A stretch of DNA of 28,841 bases from Campylobacterota bacterium (GTDB lineage Bacteria; Campylobacterota; Campylobacteria; Campylobacterales; Sulfurovaceae). The notes under the pieces are model-generated. The model saw only the letters and a program-made list of their open reading frames with translations. It did no database searches and was not told the DNA's origin. How positions within the stretch are numbered: the first letter of the stretch is position 1; every line of letters begins with the position of its first letter. Below, piece after piece: positions 1 through 9,340 of this stretch. The stretch covers positions 1 to 28,841 of the forward strand of contig JAYEOM010000137.1 of NCBI GenBank assembly GCA_034722955.1, in the 5' to 3' direction. The position numbers were made by a program, and so were the translations under genes.

Positions 1-1392
1 TCTAAGGATGAAACCTTTTCTAGATGTCCAGAACTCTGGTAATGTATGTTGTAATTTAATATCAGCTGGCTTTGGATAAGCAGCAGTATGACAAAATGAT
101 TGCATAGTCATATCAGCACCAAAAGAGAGTGCAGCAAGCTCTTTGACTTCATCTCTAGTCATAGGTCCAGTTGTATCTTGAGAACCTACTGTAGTAGCTA
201 TTGGCTCACAGTACATACCAGGCTTCACACCCTCAACACCACAAGCTTTTCCTAGCATTTTTTGAGCTAGCGTATATCCAGCACCATCATCTTCAGGCTG
301 TGCAGGAACTATGAAGATATCTCCCGCATCCATACCTAAAGCTTCTCTAGCTTTTGCAGTCAAACCTTTACCGATGATAAGTGGGATACGACCCCCCGCT
401 CTCATCTCATCAGGTAGCGTGTTTGGAGATAGTTCAAATTCAGATACAACTTTACCATCTTTTTCTATTACTCCCTCAATTGGTTTAACAGTAATAACAT
501 CACCAGTCTCTAAGTCACCTACTGGAGCTTGGATTGGTAAACATCCTGAATCTTCTGCTGTATTAAAGAAGATTGGAGCGATAATATCACCAATAACCAT
601 ACCACCAGTTCTTTTACCAGGAATACCATCAATATCAACACCCATGTGCCACTGAACAGAGTTAATCCCTGATTTTCTACTAGATCCAGTACCTACAACA
701 TCACCAACATATACTAAAGGGTGACCTTTTGCTTTAAGCTCTTCCATTGTTGGAAGTGGATTGTCCATTCTGTTTATCAAAAATGAGTTAGCATGTAAAG
801 GGATATCTGCTCTTGTAAATGCTTCGGAAGCTGGAGATAAATCATCTGTGTTTGTTTCACCTGGTATTTTATATACAGTTACTGTAGATTCAGCAGCTAT
901 TGGTGCTTTGTTTGTAAACCACTCAGCATTTGCCCAAGACTCGATAATCTCTTTTGCCAAAGCGTTACCATCATCCATCAATGCTTTCACATCATTGAAT
1001 GAATCATAAACCAATAGAGTATTTTTCAACTCATTTGCAGCAGCGTCAGCTACATCACCACCTAATTTAAGTGCTTCAACCAACGGAGTAACATTAAATC
1101 CACCAAGCATTTTTCCTAGGATAGTACATGCTTTTACTGCATCAATAGTTTCACAAGATACGCTACCTTGAACTACATCATTCAAAAATGCTGCTTTAAC
1201 ATACGCAGCATCATCAACACCTGCTGGGATTTTGTTTTCAAACATATCCATAACAAAATCTGCTTCAACGACTGGAGATGCCTTTAATAATTCAACTAAA
1301 TCAGCAACTTGCTCTGCTGTTAAGGCTAAAGGTGGAACACCTAGCTCTGCTCTCTCTTGTGTGTGTGCTTTATAATTTGCAACTAATGACAT
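1..1392 (-). CDS. acnB: Aconitate hydratase B (5' part; runs off the window start)
   Basis: Not in the ORF track. Manual translation from ATG at 1392 gives MSLVANYKAHTQERAELGVPPLALTAEQVADLVELLK...GETNTDDLSPA...DIPLHA...GDVVGTGSSRKS...SQDTTGPMTRDE, which are AcnB motifs. AGGAG RBS upstream. Confidence 0.96.
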   Translation of the reverse strand, partial: MSLVANYKAHTQERAELGVPPLALTAEQVADLVELLKASPVVEADFVMDMFENKIPAGVDDAAYVKAAFLNDVVQGSVSCETIDAVKACTILGKMLGGFNVTPLVEALKLGGDVADAAANELKNTLLVYDSFNDVKALMDDGNALAKEIIESWANAEWFTNKAPIAAESTVTVYKIPGETNTDDLSPASEAFTRADIPLHANSFLINRMDNPLPTMEELKAKGHPLVYVGDVVGTGSSRKSGINSVQWHMGVDIDGIPGKRTGGMVIGDIIAPIFFNTAEDSGCLPIQAPVGDLETGDVITVKPIEGVIEKDGKVVSEFELSPNTLPDEMRAGGRIPLIIGKGLTAKAREALGMDAGDIFIVPAQPEDDGAGYTLAQKMLGKACGVEGVKPGMYCEPIATTVGSQDTTGPMTRDEVKELAALSFGADMTMQSFCHTAAYPKPADIKLQHTLPEFWTSRKGFILR

Positions 1393-1525
1393 AAAGTCTC
1401 CTACTAATTAAAATAATTTTGTGACAATATAATAGCTAAAATGGCAGAAAAAAAAGTTTAAATAGTTAGGAGATAAAAATAGTTATTTTTGATGTATCGG
1501 ATAGTTACAGGTAAAATAAAATCTC

Positions 1526-3766
1526 TTACAAGATCTCTCGATTGCCTTTGTTGTTGGGTGCACTAAGTATACCTGTTTTCTCTAGCTGATCTATAATATT
1601 TGCCGACCTGTTGTAGCCTATCTGTAGTCTCCTCTGAAGATAGGATATCGATGTTTTTTTATCACTTATGATTATCTCTTTTGCTTGGGTATAGAGTGGA
1701 TCAAGATCTCCGCTACTCTCTACTCCTGCAGCACTCCCATCGGCACTGCCTGCCTCTAGATAGCTCTCATCATACTCTGGATCTCTCTGTGCTTTGAGAA
1801 ACTCTACAACCTTCTCTATCTCCTCTTCGGTATTCCACGGGGCATGCAGTCTTACTAAACCTGTCGCACCAGGAGGGGTGAAGAGTGCATCACCACGCCC
1901 TAGAAGTGACTCTGCACCCATCGCATCCAGGATTACCTTGGAGTCTATTCGCTGTCCTACACGATAACTGAGTCTTGATGGGAGATTTGCCTTGATCAAT
2001 CCTGTCACTACATCTACACTTGGTCGCTGTGTAGCCACTACTAGATGTATCCCGGCAGCACGAGCCATCTGAGCTAACCTAGCGATAGAGTACTCTACCT
2101 CTTTACCGCCATTCATCATCAAATCAGCCAATTCATCGATAACAATAACGATAAAAGGCATAGATTCTCCATCCTCTTTTTTCACCTTATCATTATAGTT
2201 ATCGATATTTTTCACCCTATTGTCCGCCATAAGCTTATAACGCTGCTCCATCTCTAGAACCATATTTGCCAAAGCTGCTATAGCCTTTTTGGGCTCGATG
2301 ATGACAGGTGTCAGCAGGTGTGGGATATCATTATATATAGAAAACTCCAGCATCTTTGGATCGATCAATATAAGCTTGAGATGGTCAGGGTCATTACGAT
2401 AGAGTAGAGAGAGAAGCATGGCATTGATCCCTACTGATTTACCGCTGCCTGTTGTACCTGCTATCAAGAGATGTGGTAGCTTTTTCAAATCTGTCACAAA
2501 TGGTTTGCCCACTATATCTTTGCCCAATGCTATCGTCAATGGTGACTTGGACTCTCTGAAAAGATCACTCTCAAGTATATCTCTCAGGTAGATAGTATCG
2601 AAGGTATCATTGGGTATCTCTATACCGACCACATCTCGTCCTGGTATTGGAGCTTGGATACGGATAGTCTCTGCACTCAGTGCCATTGCCAAATCATCCT
2701 GAAGACTTAAGATCTTGGAGACTTTGACATTGGGTGCTGGCTTGAACTCAAAAGTAGTTACCAGAGGACCAGAGTAAGTTCTGACTACATCACCCTCTAT
2801 CTTGAAGCGACCCAATTTGTCCAGTAGTTCACCAATCTTTCTATCTATCTCTACCTCATTTATCTTTTTGGATACTCTGATAGCCTTTTTCAGAAAATCC
2901 ATCTTTGGAAGTTTGAAATTTTTGGGTTTATCTACTTTGCCCTTCTCTAATGCATTGAGTATTTTAGAGTTCTCCTCTAACTCATCAACGATCTGGACAT
3001 TATGATTGGAGGAGAGAGTCTGGTCTGCTTTGGCTTCTAACTCCGAAATCTCATCCAAAACAGGCTCTTTTGCCTTCTCTGTATCTTTGCTGACAGTTTC
3101 TGCATGACCTTTGTCATCAGTGCTCTGAGTCTCGATGCTCTTTTTTCTCTTTTGTACTCTTTTTCGTTTAGGAGCAGGCTTGGAAGTTCTCGTTTTTGCC
3201 TTGCTCTCATCAAGAGATGGCATCAACACATCATCGTATGCGGATCTAAAAGGGTTGGAAAAGATCTTTTTTATCATATTGCTAAGCGGTTCAAATGATA
3301 TCTTCGGGAGTGAGGAACTCTCTCTTGAAGATCGTCTCTCTATCAGAGAGTAAAAACTAAAATCATCATCTACAACCAATACGAGTGAAAGTATAAGTGT
3401 CATAAACCAAAAGAGCCACACTCCTGCCTTCCCTATATAAGGTAGTAAAAAAGTAGATATTTCATCTGAGAGCATACCGCTAGCCGGTGGATCAAAGATC
3501 AAGGCAGGCAAGATTATCATAGAGACAAAAAATAGCAACCAACCCACATAAAAGTCAAGTTGTTTAGCAAATGCAGGGCGTTTATATATCTTATATAGAG
3601 GATAAAATAGAATAAAGACATTGATATAGGCTAGGTAACCAAAGAGTTTGATATTGGTACTCCCAACAATACTACCTATATTTCCTGCCAATTTTGTATC
3701 TTGAAAAATCGTTGAAAATGCCAAATAGATAAAAACAATAGAAAGAATAATAATCACAACTTTCAA
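1526..3766 (-). CDS. ftsK: DNA translocase FtsK
   Basis: N-terminal TM segments, Walker A in PHLLIAGTTGSGKS, IDELADLMM, ATQRPSVDV, gamma domain LQRRLQIGYNRSA. TTG start with GAGGAG RBS. Confidence 0.97.
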   Translation of the reverse strand: MKVVIIILSIVFIYLAFSTIFQDTKLAGNIGSIVGSTNIKLFGYLAYINVFILFYPLYKIYKRPAFAKQLDFYVGWLLFFVSMIILPALIFDPPASGMLSDEISTFLLPYIGKAGVWLFWFMTLILSLVLVVDDDFSFYSLIERRSSRESSSLPKISFEPLSNMIKKIFSNPFRSAYDDVLMPSLDESKAKTRTSKPAPKRKRVQKRKKSIETQSTDDKGHAETVSKDTEKAKEPVLDEISELEAKADQTLSSNHNVQIVDELEENSKILNALEKGKVDKPKNFKLPKMDFLKKAIRVSKKINEVEIDRKIGELLDKLGRFKIEGDVVRTYSGPLVTTFEFKPAPNVKVSKILSLQDDLAMALSAETIRIQAPIPGRDVVGIEIPNDTFDTIYLRDILESDLFRESKSPLTIALGKDIVGKPFVTDLKKLPHLLIAGTTGSGKSVGINAMLLSLLYRNDPDHLKLILIDPKMLEFSIYNDIPHLLTPVIIEPKKAIAALANMVLEMEQRYKLMADNRVKNIDNYNDKVKKEDGESMPFIVIVIDELADLMMNGGKEVEYSIARLAQMARAAGIHLVVATQRPSVDVVTGLIKANLPSRLSYRVGQRIDSKVILDAMGAESLLGRGDALFTPPGATGLVRLHAPWNTEEEIEKVVEFLKAQRDPEYDESYLEAGSADGSAAGVESSGDLDPLYTQAKEIIISDKKTSISYLQRRLQIGYNRSANIIDQLEKTGILSAPNNKGNREIL

Positions 3767-3792
3767 ACAATCTCCTCATTTTATTTTTTAAT

Positions 3793-3801
3793 ATTATAAC
3801 A
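3793..3801 (-). promoter_or_regulatory. Extended -10 promoter (TGTTATAAT) for ftsK
   Basis: Perfect TGnTATAAT on the minus strand about 26 nt upstream of the ftsK start. Confidence 0.65.
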
Positions 3802-3873
3802 AATTAATCTAAGGAGGCTTTGAATTATATCTAATATGAGATATAATTCTCAACAACTAGCAAAGGATACAAG

Positions 3874-4146
3874 ATGACAAAAGCAGAATTTATAGTAAAA
3901 GTAGCAAAAAAAAGTGGTCTCTCCCAAAAAGATAGCAACGAGGTGATACAAGCAGCACTAGAGACTCTCTCCGAGCTTCTTAAAGAGAGAGACTCTATTA
4001 GCTTTATAGGATTTGGCTCTTTTTCTACTGTAGAAAAAGCAGCTAGAGATGTGAGAATCCCATCTAGCGGCAAGATAGTCAGCGTACCTGCTAAGGTAGC
4101 TGTCAAATTTAAAGTTGGTAAAGCTCTCAAAGAGTCAGTAGAGTAA
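3874..4146 (+). CDS. hup: HU family histone-like DNA-binding protein
   Basis: 90 aa, MTKAEF...ISFIGFGSF...RIPSSG...KFKVGKALKE. AAGGA RBS. Confidence 0.93.
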   Translation: MTKAEFIVKVAKKSGLSQKDSNEVIQAALETLSELLKERDSISFIGFGSFSTVEKAARDVRIPSSGKIVSVPAKVAVKFKVGKALKESVE

Positions 4147-4225
4147 TTTGGACTTTTTTATTATGGTTTAACTTAATGTTAAGGTTACAGTGAGTATTAT
4201 GCCACTCACATTTCACAATGTCTAT

Positions 4226-4310
4226 GCCGCAGTGATGGAACTGGTAGACTTGGTAGACTCAAAATCTTCTGCCTTCGGGCGTGGCGGTTCGAATCCGCCC
4301 TGCGGTACCA
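4226..4310 (+). tRNA. tRNA-Leu (CAA), long variable arm, with two stem mismatches
   Basis: Acceptor GCCGCAG/CTGCGGT, discriminator A plus CCA, anticodon loop CTCAAAA (CAA at 4260-4262), variable arm GCC-TTCG-GGC, T-arm GGCGG-TTCGAAT-CCGCC. Confidence 0.9.
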
Positions 4311-4369
4311 TTTTATAATAACTTCGGCAGTTTGCTAAAGATATTTGATTTAAATATTGCCTTTAAAAT

Positions 4370-4446
<77 letters not shown>

Positions 4447-4474
4447 TTTATATGTAATACTCTTCGATATAGGT

Positions 4475-4549
4475 GCGGGCGTAGCTCAGCGGTAGAGCAT
4501 AACCTTGCCAAGGTTAGGGTCGACGGTTCGATCCCGTTCGCCCGCTCCA
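4475..4549 (+). tRNA. tRNA-Gly (GCC)
   Basis: GCGGGCG/CGCCCGC acceptor, anticodon arm TAACC-TTGCCAA-GGTTA, TTCGAT T-loop, encoded CCA. Confidence 0.97.
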
Positions 4550-4672
4550 TATTTTCTCTCATCATCTCATAAAGTACAAATAGATATAATAAATTAACGA
4601 TAGAGCTTCGATAAACAGAATGAAGCTAAAAGAGATTTGGGTGTTGAAAAATAATACAATTAGGAAAAACCT

Positions 4673-4768
4673 ATGGACAGATATAAACTAAACAGAGTTC
4701 TCAGAAGCCATATGCGGCAAATCCACACTTATGGATTATCAACAACTGAGATCTTGGTTGAGGGGTAG
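4673..4768 (+). CDS. Candidate 31-aa small ORF / leader peptide (MDRYKLNRVLRSHMRQIHTYGLSTTEILVEG)
   Basis: AGGA at 4662-4665, ATG at 4673, TAG at 4766-4768, ending 9 nt before the next gene. TATAAT at 4585-4590 upstream. Confidence 0.4.
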   Translation: MDRYKLNRVLRSHMRQIHTYGLSTTEILVEG

Positions 4769-4777
4769 TTCTACTCA

Positions 4778-5524
4778 ATGAATAAAAAACAGAGCCTATT
4801 AGATCCTCCCTCAACAGACTTCTCTATGCTCGACTATGAGTGTGCCTACCTTCCTGAGAAGAAGGTTCGTATGAATTATAAATATGTACCCAATGCCAGT
4901 AAGGCTTTTTCTACGGCAGTTATACATCGAGGATGGAGACGATTTGGCAAATACTATTTTCATCCTATATGCGAAGGGTGCAATGAGTGCAAAAGTATCC
5001 GTATCAATGTAGATGAGTATCACTATACAAAATCTCAAAGACGCACTATAAAACGAAACAAAGAGACTAAAATCATCATCCAGAAACCAACACTAACGCA
5101 AGCTCATGTCGATCTATACAATAAATACCATGCCTACAAACATGGCAAAGATGAGTGGAAATTTATGGAAATTTCACAAAGAGAGTATAATGAAAACTTT
5201 GTTGATGGTGCTCAAGATTTTGGTAAAGAGGTTCTCTATATTAGAGATGAAAAGTTGATCGGTGTTGATCTTATAGATATACTAGATGATGGTATTTCAT
5301 CTATCTACTTCTACTATGACCCCGACTACAATAGACTATCCCTAGGAACATACTCTCTGCTATATCAAATCAACCTTGCTAACATTCTCGATCTCAAATG
5401 GGTATACTTGGGCTATTGGGTTGATGGATGCAAAGCTTTTGCCTATAAACCCAATTTTCAACCTCAAGAGCTACTCGATGGCTTTCCCGCTATAACAGAA
5501 AAGGCAGATTGGAACCTTACATAA
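4778..5524 (+). CDS. ate: ATE/Bpt-family aminoacyl-tRNA--protein transferase (arginyltransferase-like; Asp/Glu leucyltransferase family)
   Basis: CAYLP, GWRRFG, CxxCxxC, SSIYFYYDPD, SLGTYSLL and YLGYWV motifs of the ATE_N/ATE_C domains. Confidence 0.92.
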   Translation: MNKKQSLLDPPSTDFSMLDYECAYLPEKKVRMNYKYVPNASKAFSTAVIHRGWRRFGKYYFHPICEGCNECKSIRINVDEYHYTKSQRRTIKRNKETKIIIQKPTLTQAHVDLYNKYHAYKHGKDEWKFMEISQREYNENFVDGAQDFGKEVLYIRDEKLIGVDLIDILDDGISSIYFYYDPDYNRLSLGTYSLLYQINLANILDLKWVYLGYWVDGCKAFAYKPNFQPQELLDGFPAITEKADWNLT

Positions 5525-5529
5525 AATTA

Positions 5530-5538
5530 TGGTAGAAT
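5530..5538 (+). promoter_or_regulatory. Extended -10 promoter (TGGTAGAAT) for the GGDEF gene
   Basis: TGnTAGAAT about 35 nt upstream of ATG 5573. Confidence 0.5.
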
Positions 5539-5572
5539 ATCAAATAATTTAAAATAAGGGGTAGAAACTGCT

Positions 5573-7189
5573 ATGCGTCATTTTATTATACTGTTGCTAT
5601 TGACTCTCCTACCTACGCTCCTGCTCTCTAATATTTCAAAATCATCTTACTTTATCGAGAAAGAGAGTAACATATCTACTAAAATCATCATGGATAATGA
5701 AGATGAACTTTTTTCCAGTGACCCTGCTCTCTTGGTAGAAGCTATATCACCAAACACTACACTATGGGTCAAAGAGACTCTATCAAATAAACATCTTTTT
5801 CATGCATCGATACTAGGTACTACTACACGCCATGAAAATGGTCAAGAGATCTTTTATCGTCTACAAAATCCTTCACTAAGCCTCCTGATCAATCTAGATT
5901 CACTTATAGGTTCAGAGACTCAAAGTTATCTTTTGGCATGGATCAGCGGCAATGCATTTTACTATGGGATGATACTCCTTTTGCTCTTCTACACTATCTT
6001 TTTCAGTTTTATCTTTAACCACAAGAGCTTTCGATACTATCTCTATTTTCATATTGCACTTATCATTCTGCTACTAGATACAGATGGATGGCTACAGAAG
6101 ATCATATGGTTAGATTACCCATCACTGAGTTCAACCACAACTCCTATAGAGATGGTCATCACTACCTCATTTATGATACTATTCTCTAGAAAACTTCTCT
6201 CTACCAAACACTCACTAAAAGTGCTTGACACTATATTGATCTTGTTTAATGCAATTATTATCTCATCTCTGTTGCTATTTTTCTTTATGCCTATAGAGTT
6301 CACTATGCAGGTCATCTTGATGCTCTCACTTGTTATCACTAGTATAATTTTTATAGCAGTACTCTATATGTTTGTGGCTAGGAAAACAAAAAGTCAAACA
6401 TATTACCTGATCGCTTGGATGTCGCTGCTTATAGCGATGGTGATCGAATATTTAAGATATATGGGGTATATTCCATCCAATATAGTCACAATACTTCTAC
6501 TAAAGATTGTACTCTTCTTTGAACTTCTTATCGTTTCAACTATGACCATATCGCAACGCTTCTCATATTTGGAAGCAGAACAAAAAAATATTAAAGCTCT
6601 TGCAAAAGAGAGTGAACATGCACTATCACAAAAGAAGTTTGATACAAAAAATCTTCAAAAAAAGCATGATCTCCTAAACAAACTAGCAGGTACAGATAGC
6701 TTGACAGGTCTTGTAAATAGGCGAGAATTTTTTAACACTTCTGAATCACTCATCTTCCGATCAAAAAACAATTTTACCCCTTACGCCTTGATGATGTTAG
6801 ATCTCGACCATTTTAAAAATGTCAATGATACTTATGGTCATGACATAGGAGATGTTGTACTCAAAGATGTAACACATGCTATCAACAATCAAACGCGTCC
6901 AGATGATGTCTTTGGACGGATTGGTGGTGAAGAGTTTGCTATCTATATGCCTGATATCACCTCTGAAGAGGCAGAAGCTATAGCCAATAAGTTTTGTAAG
7001 ATTGTTAGAGAATTAGTTATAGATGCAGGAGTAGAGACCATCACTGTCACCATGAGTGTAGGTCTTGTGACGGATTCAAATCGTGAATTTACACTCTCTG
7101 AACTTATGAAATCTAGTGATGTAGCTCTATATGAAGCCAAAAAAACCGGTAGAGATCGTGTTGTAACAGTCGAAGGACTTCCTAGATAG
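5573..7189 (+). CDS. Membrane diguanylate cyclase (7TM-DISM receptor + GGDEF)
   Basis: Signal peptide, about 7 hydrophobic segments, coiled linker, TDSLTGLVNRR, DLDHFKNVNDTYGHDIGD, I-site RPDD and GGEEF active site. Confidence 0.92.
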   Translation: MRHFIILLLLTLLPTLLLSNISKSSYFIEKESNISTKIIMDNEDELFSSDPALLVEAISPNTTLWVKETLSNKHLFHASILGTTTRHENGQEIFYRLQNPSLSLLINLDSLIGSETQSYLLAWISGNAFYYGMILLLLFYTIFFSFIFNHKSFRYYLYFHIALIILLLDTDGWLQKIIWLDYPSLSSTTTPIEMVITTSFMILFSRKLLSTKHSLKVLDTILILFNAIIISSLLLFFFMPIEFTMQVILMLSLVITSIIFIAVLYMFVARKTKSQTYYLIAWMSLLIAMVIEYLRYMGYIPSNIVTILLLKIVLFFELLIVSTMTISQRFSYLEAEQKNIKALAKESEHALSQKKFDTKNLQKKHDLLNKLAGTDSLTGLVNRREFFNTSESLIFRSKNNFTPYALMMLDLDHFKNVNDTYGHDIGDVVLKDVTHAINNQTRPDDVFGRIGGEEFAIYMPDITSEEAEAIANKFCKIVRELVIDAGVETITVTMSVGLVTDSNREFTLSELMKSSDVALYEAKKTGRDRVVTVEGLPR

Positions 7190-7215
7190 TATGATATATC
7201 TTGGGTATCTTCAGC

Positions 7216-9264
7216 TTAGATAGAGATCTCTTTGATATCTGCAATATCCCTAAAAGTTCTATAGATAGAACCGATCATATGTTGTCTATTTCTCTGCAAC
7301 TCTTCATCTTCAATATTTACCATGACCTTGTCAAAATAGATATCAAGCTCCAGCTTAAGAGCAAACAGTGCTTCTAGACGGCTATGATAATCATCGTATG
7401 ATCTGTTGATGACTCTCTCGTAGGCATTGTAGAGGCTCACCTCTGCATCCTCTTCAAATAGAGTCGTATCTATTGTCAAGAGAGTATTCAAATCAAGATC
7501 CTTTGAGATATTGGCTACACGCTTAAAGGTACTGAACTGCTCCTTGAAAGTATGGCTAGATACGATCCTTTCAAGTGCGGAGACTTTTTTGGCGATCTCA
7601 TTAATATCTCTCTCACCAGAAGAGAGCACTGCGGATATAACTGATGGGTTGGCATCCAGTGATTTGTTGATACGCTCTACAATGAAATCTTTTAGTTTCA
7701 CTATATCAAAAGCTGCATACCTCTCTTTGAGCAGATCGAGTATCTCATCGATCTCAAAAGAGAGATCATATGTAGTCACGATACGAATGATACCATTGAC
7801 AGCTCGTCTCAAGGCAAAAGGATCTTTTGAACCAGTAGGGATCTTGCCGATACTAAAAAGACCTAAAAGTGTATCTAGCTTGATCGACATCGCAACAATA
7901 GAGGAGAATATAGAGCTGGGCAGCTCTGCACCCTCACCCACTGGCATATACTGCTCCTTTATAGCAGTATATACCAGAGGATCTTCACCTAAAGCTTTGG
8001 CATAATAGTAACCCATCAACCCTTGTAACTCTGTAAATTCATAAACCATTTCACTTGTGAGGTCTGCTTTTGCCAGCTTGACAGCTCTATCTATCAATAT
8101 CTCAAGATCTGCACTATTGACCCCTGTCTCTTTTTCGACCTGATCTATATAGCGTGTCAGTAGACGAATAGCGATATCACTCTCACGAAGTATCTTCTCA
8201 TGCAGAGAACCCAATCCATCCATAAACTGAATCTTCTCCAATCCATCTATAGATAAACCTCTTCTCAAGTCATTATAGTAAAAAAACATTCCATCTGCCA
8301 ATCTAGGCTTTAATACACGCTCATTTCCTGCTATGACTTTACTATAATCCTCAGTAAAAGCATTACTAACAACAACAAATTTATTGGAGAGTGCAGCCCC
8401 TTCATAGACTGCAAAATAACGCTGATGCTCCTTCATAGAGGTGATGATCACTTCGGGAGGAAGCTCAAGAAAACTCTCGTCAAAACTTCCAAGAAGTGCT
8501 TTTGGATTTTCAGTGATAGCTACTATCTCAGATAGTAGAGCTTGATCTCTCTCTATCTTGATACTGTTTGTCTCCTCAAGTAGATCAAATTGTGCCAATA
8601 TCTTCGCTTCTCTCTCTGATGGATAGAGTGTAACCGCCCCATCCTGCAAGAGTTTATCATAGAGATCAATACGCTCTACCTCAACAGGATCGAAATCCAC
8701 CATACGATGTACAAAAGTTTTAGTACTGCTCTCTACACCAAATAGTTCAACTGCCACAGACTCATCACCTAGTCGCACCTGAAGCCAACGAATAGGACGG
8801 ATAAACTCATCACTGCCACTTCCCCAACGCATCATCTTTCCAAATGCCATAGACTCTATCCAACTGCTCAGCATCTCTTGGAGTAGCTCTGAGGTCTCTC
8901 TACCCTCCTCCTCTCTCTTGAAGTATAATACCTCTCGACCTCCATTATCTGCACGCTCCAATCTCTCGAATGGAACACCGCATTTTCTGGCAAATCCCTC
9001 ACCGGCTTTAGTCACTTCACCATCTCTCAAAGCTGCAGATACAGGAGGACCCATCAACTCAACAGTACGATCCTCTTGTTTTATAAGCATAGCTTTATGC
9101 TTTAACACCAATCTTCTAGGTGTATAGATAAATTCAAAATCTGTATTCAATTGGTAGGATTTAAGTATATTTTTCCAAGACTTCTCAATACTGTTAACTA
9201 TCTTTAGTAGTGGTATCGCTGGGAGCTCTTCTACGCCGATCTCTATAAGCATGGGTTGTGTCAT
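7216..9264 (-). CDS. glyS: Glycine--tRNA ligase beta subunit
   Basis: LIEIGVEELPA, TPRRL, FIRPIRW, GNERVLKPRLADG, EFTELQG, PTGSKDPFALRR. Confidence 0.97.
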   Translation of the reverse strand: MTQPMLIEIGVEELPAIPLLKIVNSIEKSWKNILKSYQLNTDFEFIYTPRRLVLKHKAMLIKQEDRTVELMGPPVSAALRDGEVTKAGEGFARKCGVPFERLERADNGGREVLYFKREEEGRETSELLQEMLSSWIESMAFGKMMRWGSGSDEFIRPIRWLQVRLGDESVAVELFGVESSTKTFVHRMVDFDPVEVERIDLYDKLLQDGAVTLYPSEREAKILAQFDLLEETNSIKIERDQALLSEIVAITENPKALLGSFDESFLELPPEVIITSMKEHQRYFAVYEGAALSNKFVVVSNAFTEDYSKVIAGNERVLKPRLADGMFFYYNDLRRGLSIDGLEKIQFMDGLGSLHEKILRESDIAIRLLTRYIDQVEKETGVNSADLEILIDRAVKLAKADLTSEMVYEFTELQGLMGYYYAKALGEDPLVYTAIKEQYMPVGEGAELPSSIFSSIVAMSIKLDTLLGLFSIGKIPTGSKDPFALRRAVNGIIRIVTTYDLSFEIDEILDLLKERYAAFDIVKLKDFIVERINKSLDANPSVISAVLSSGERDINEIAKKVSALERIVSSHTFKEQFSTFKRVANISKDLDLNTLLTIDTTLFEEDAEVSLYNAYERVINRSYDDYHSRLEALFALKLELDIYFDKVMVNIEDEELQRNRQHMIGSIYRTFRDIADIKEISI

Positions 9265-9340
9265 CTGTAATAATCCTATATTTAAGTCCTATGATTTTAT
9301 CTAATCTTAGGTAAATAGGTGGTTAACTGCTACTCTCCAC

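Noticed and set aside
311..1009. Plus-strand ORFs of 114 aa and 82 aa
   Set aside because: Antisense shadows of acnB, which occupies the minus strand.
3831..4130. 99-aa minus-strand ORF
   Set aside because: Antisense shadow of the HU gene.
7216..9264. glyS without adjacent glyQ
   Set aside because: Split glyQ/glyS is usual in Campylobacterota.
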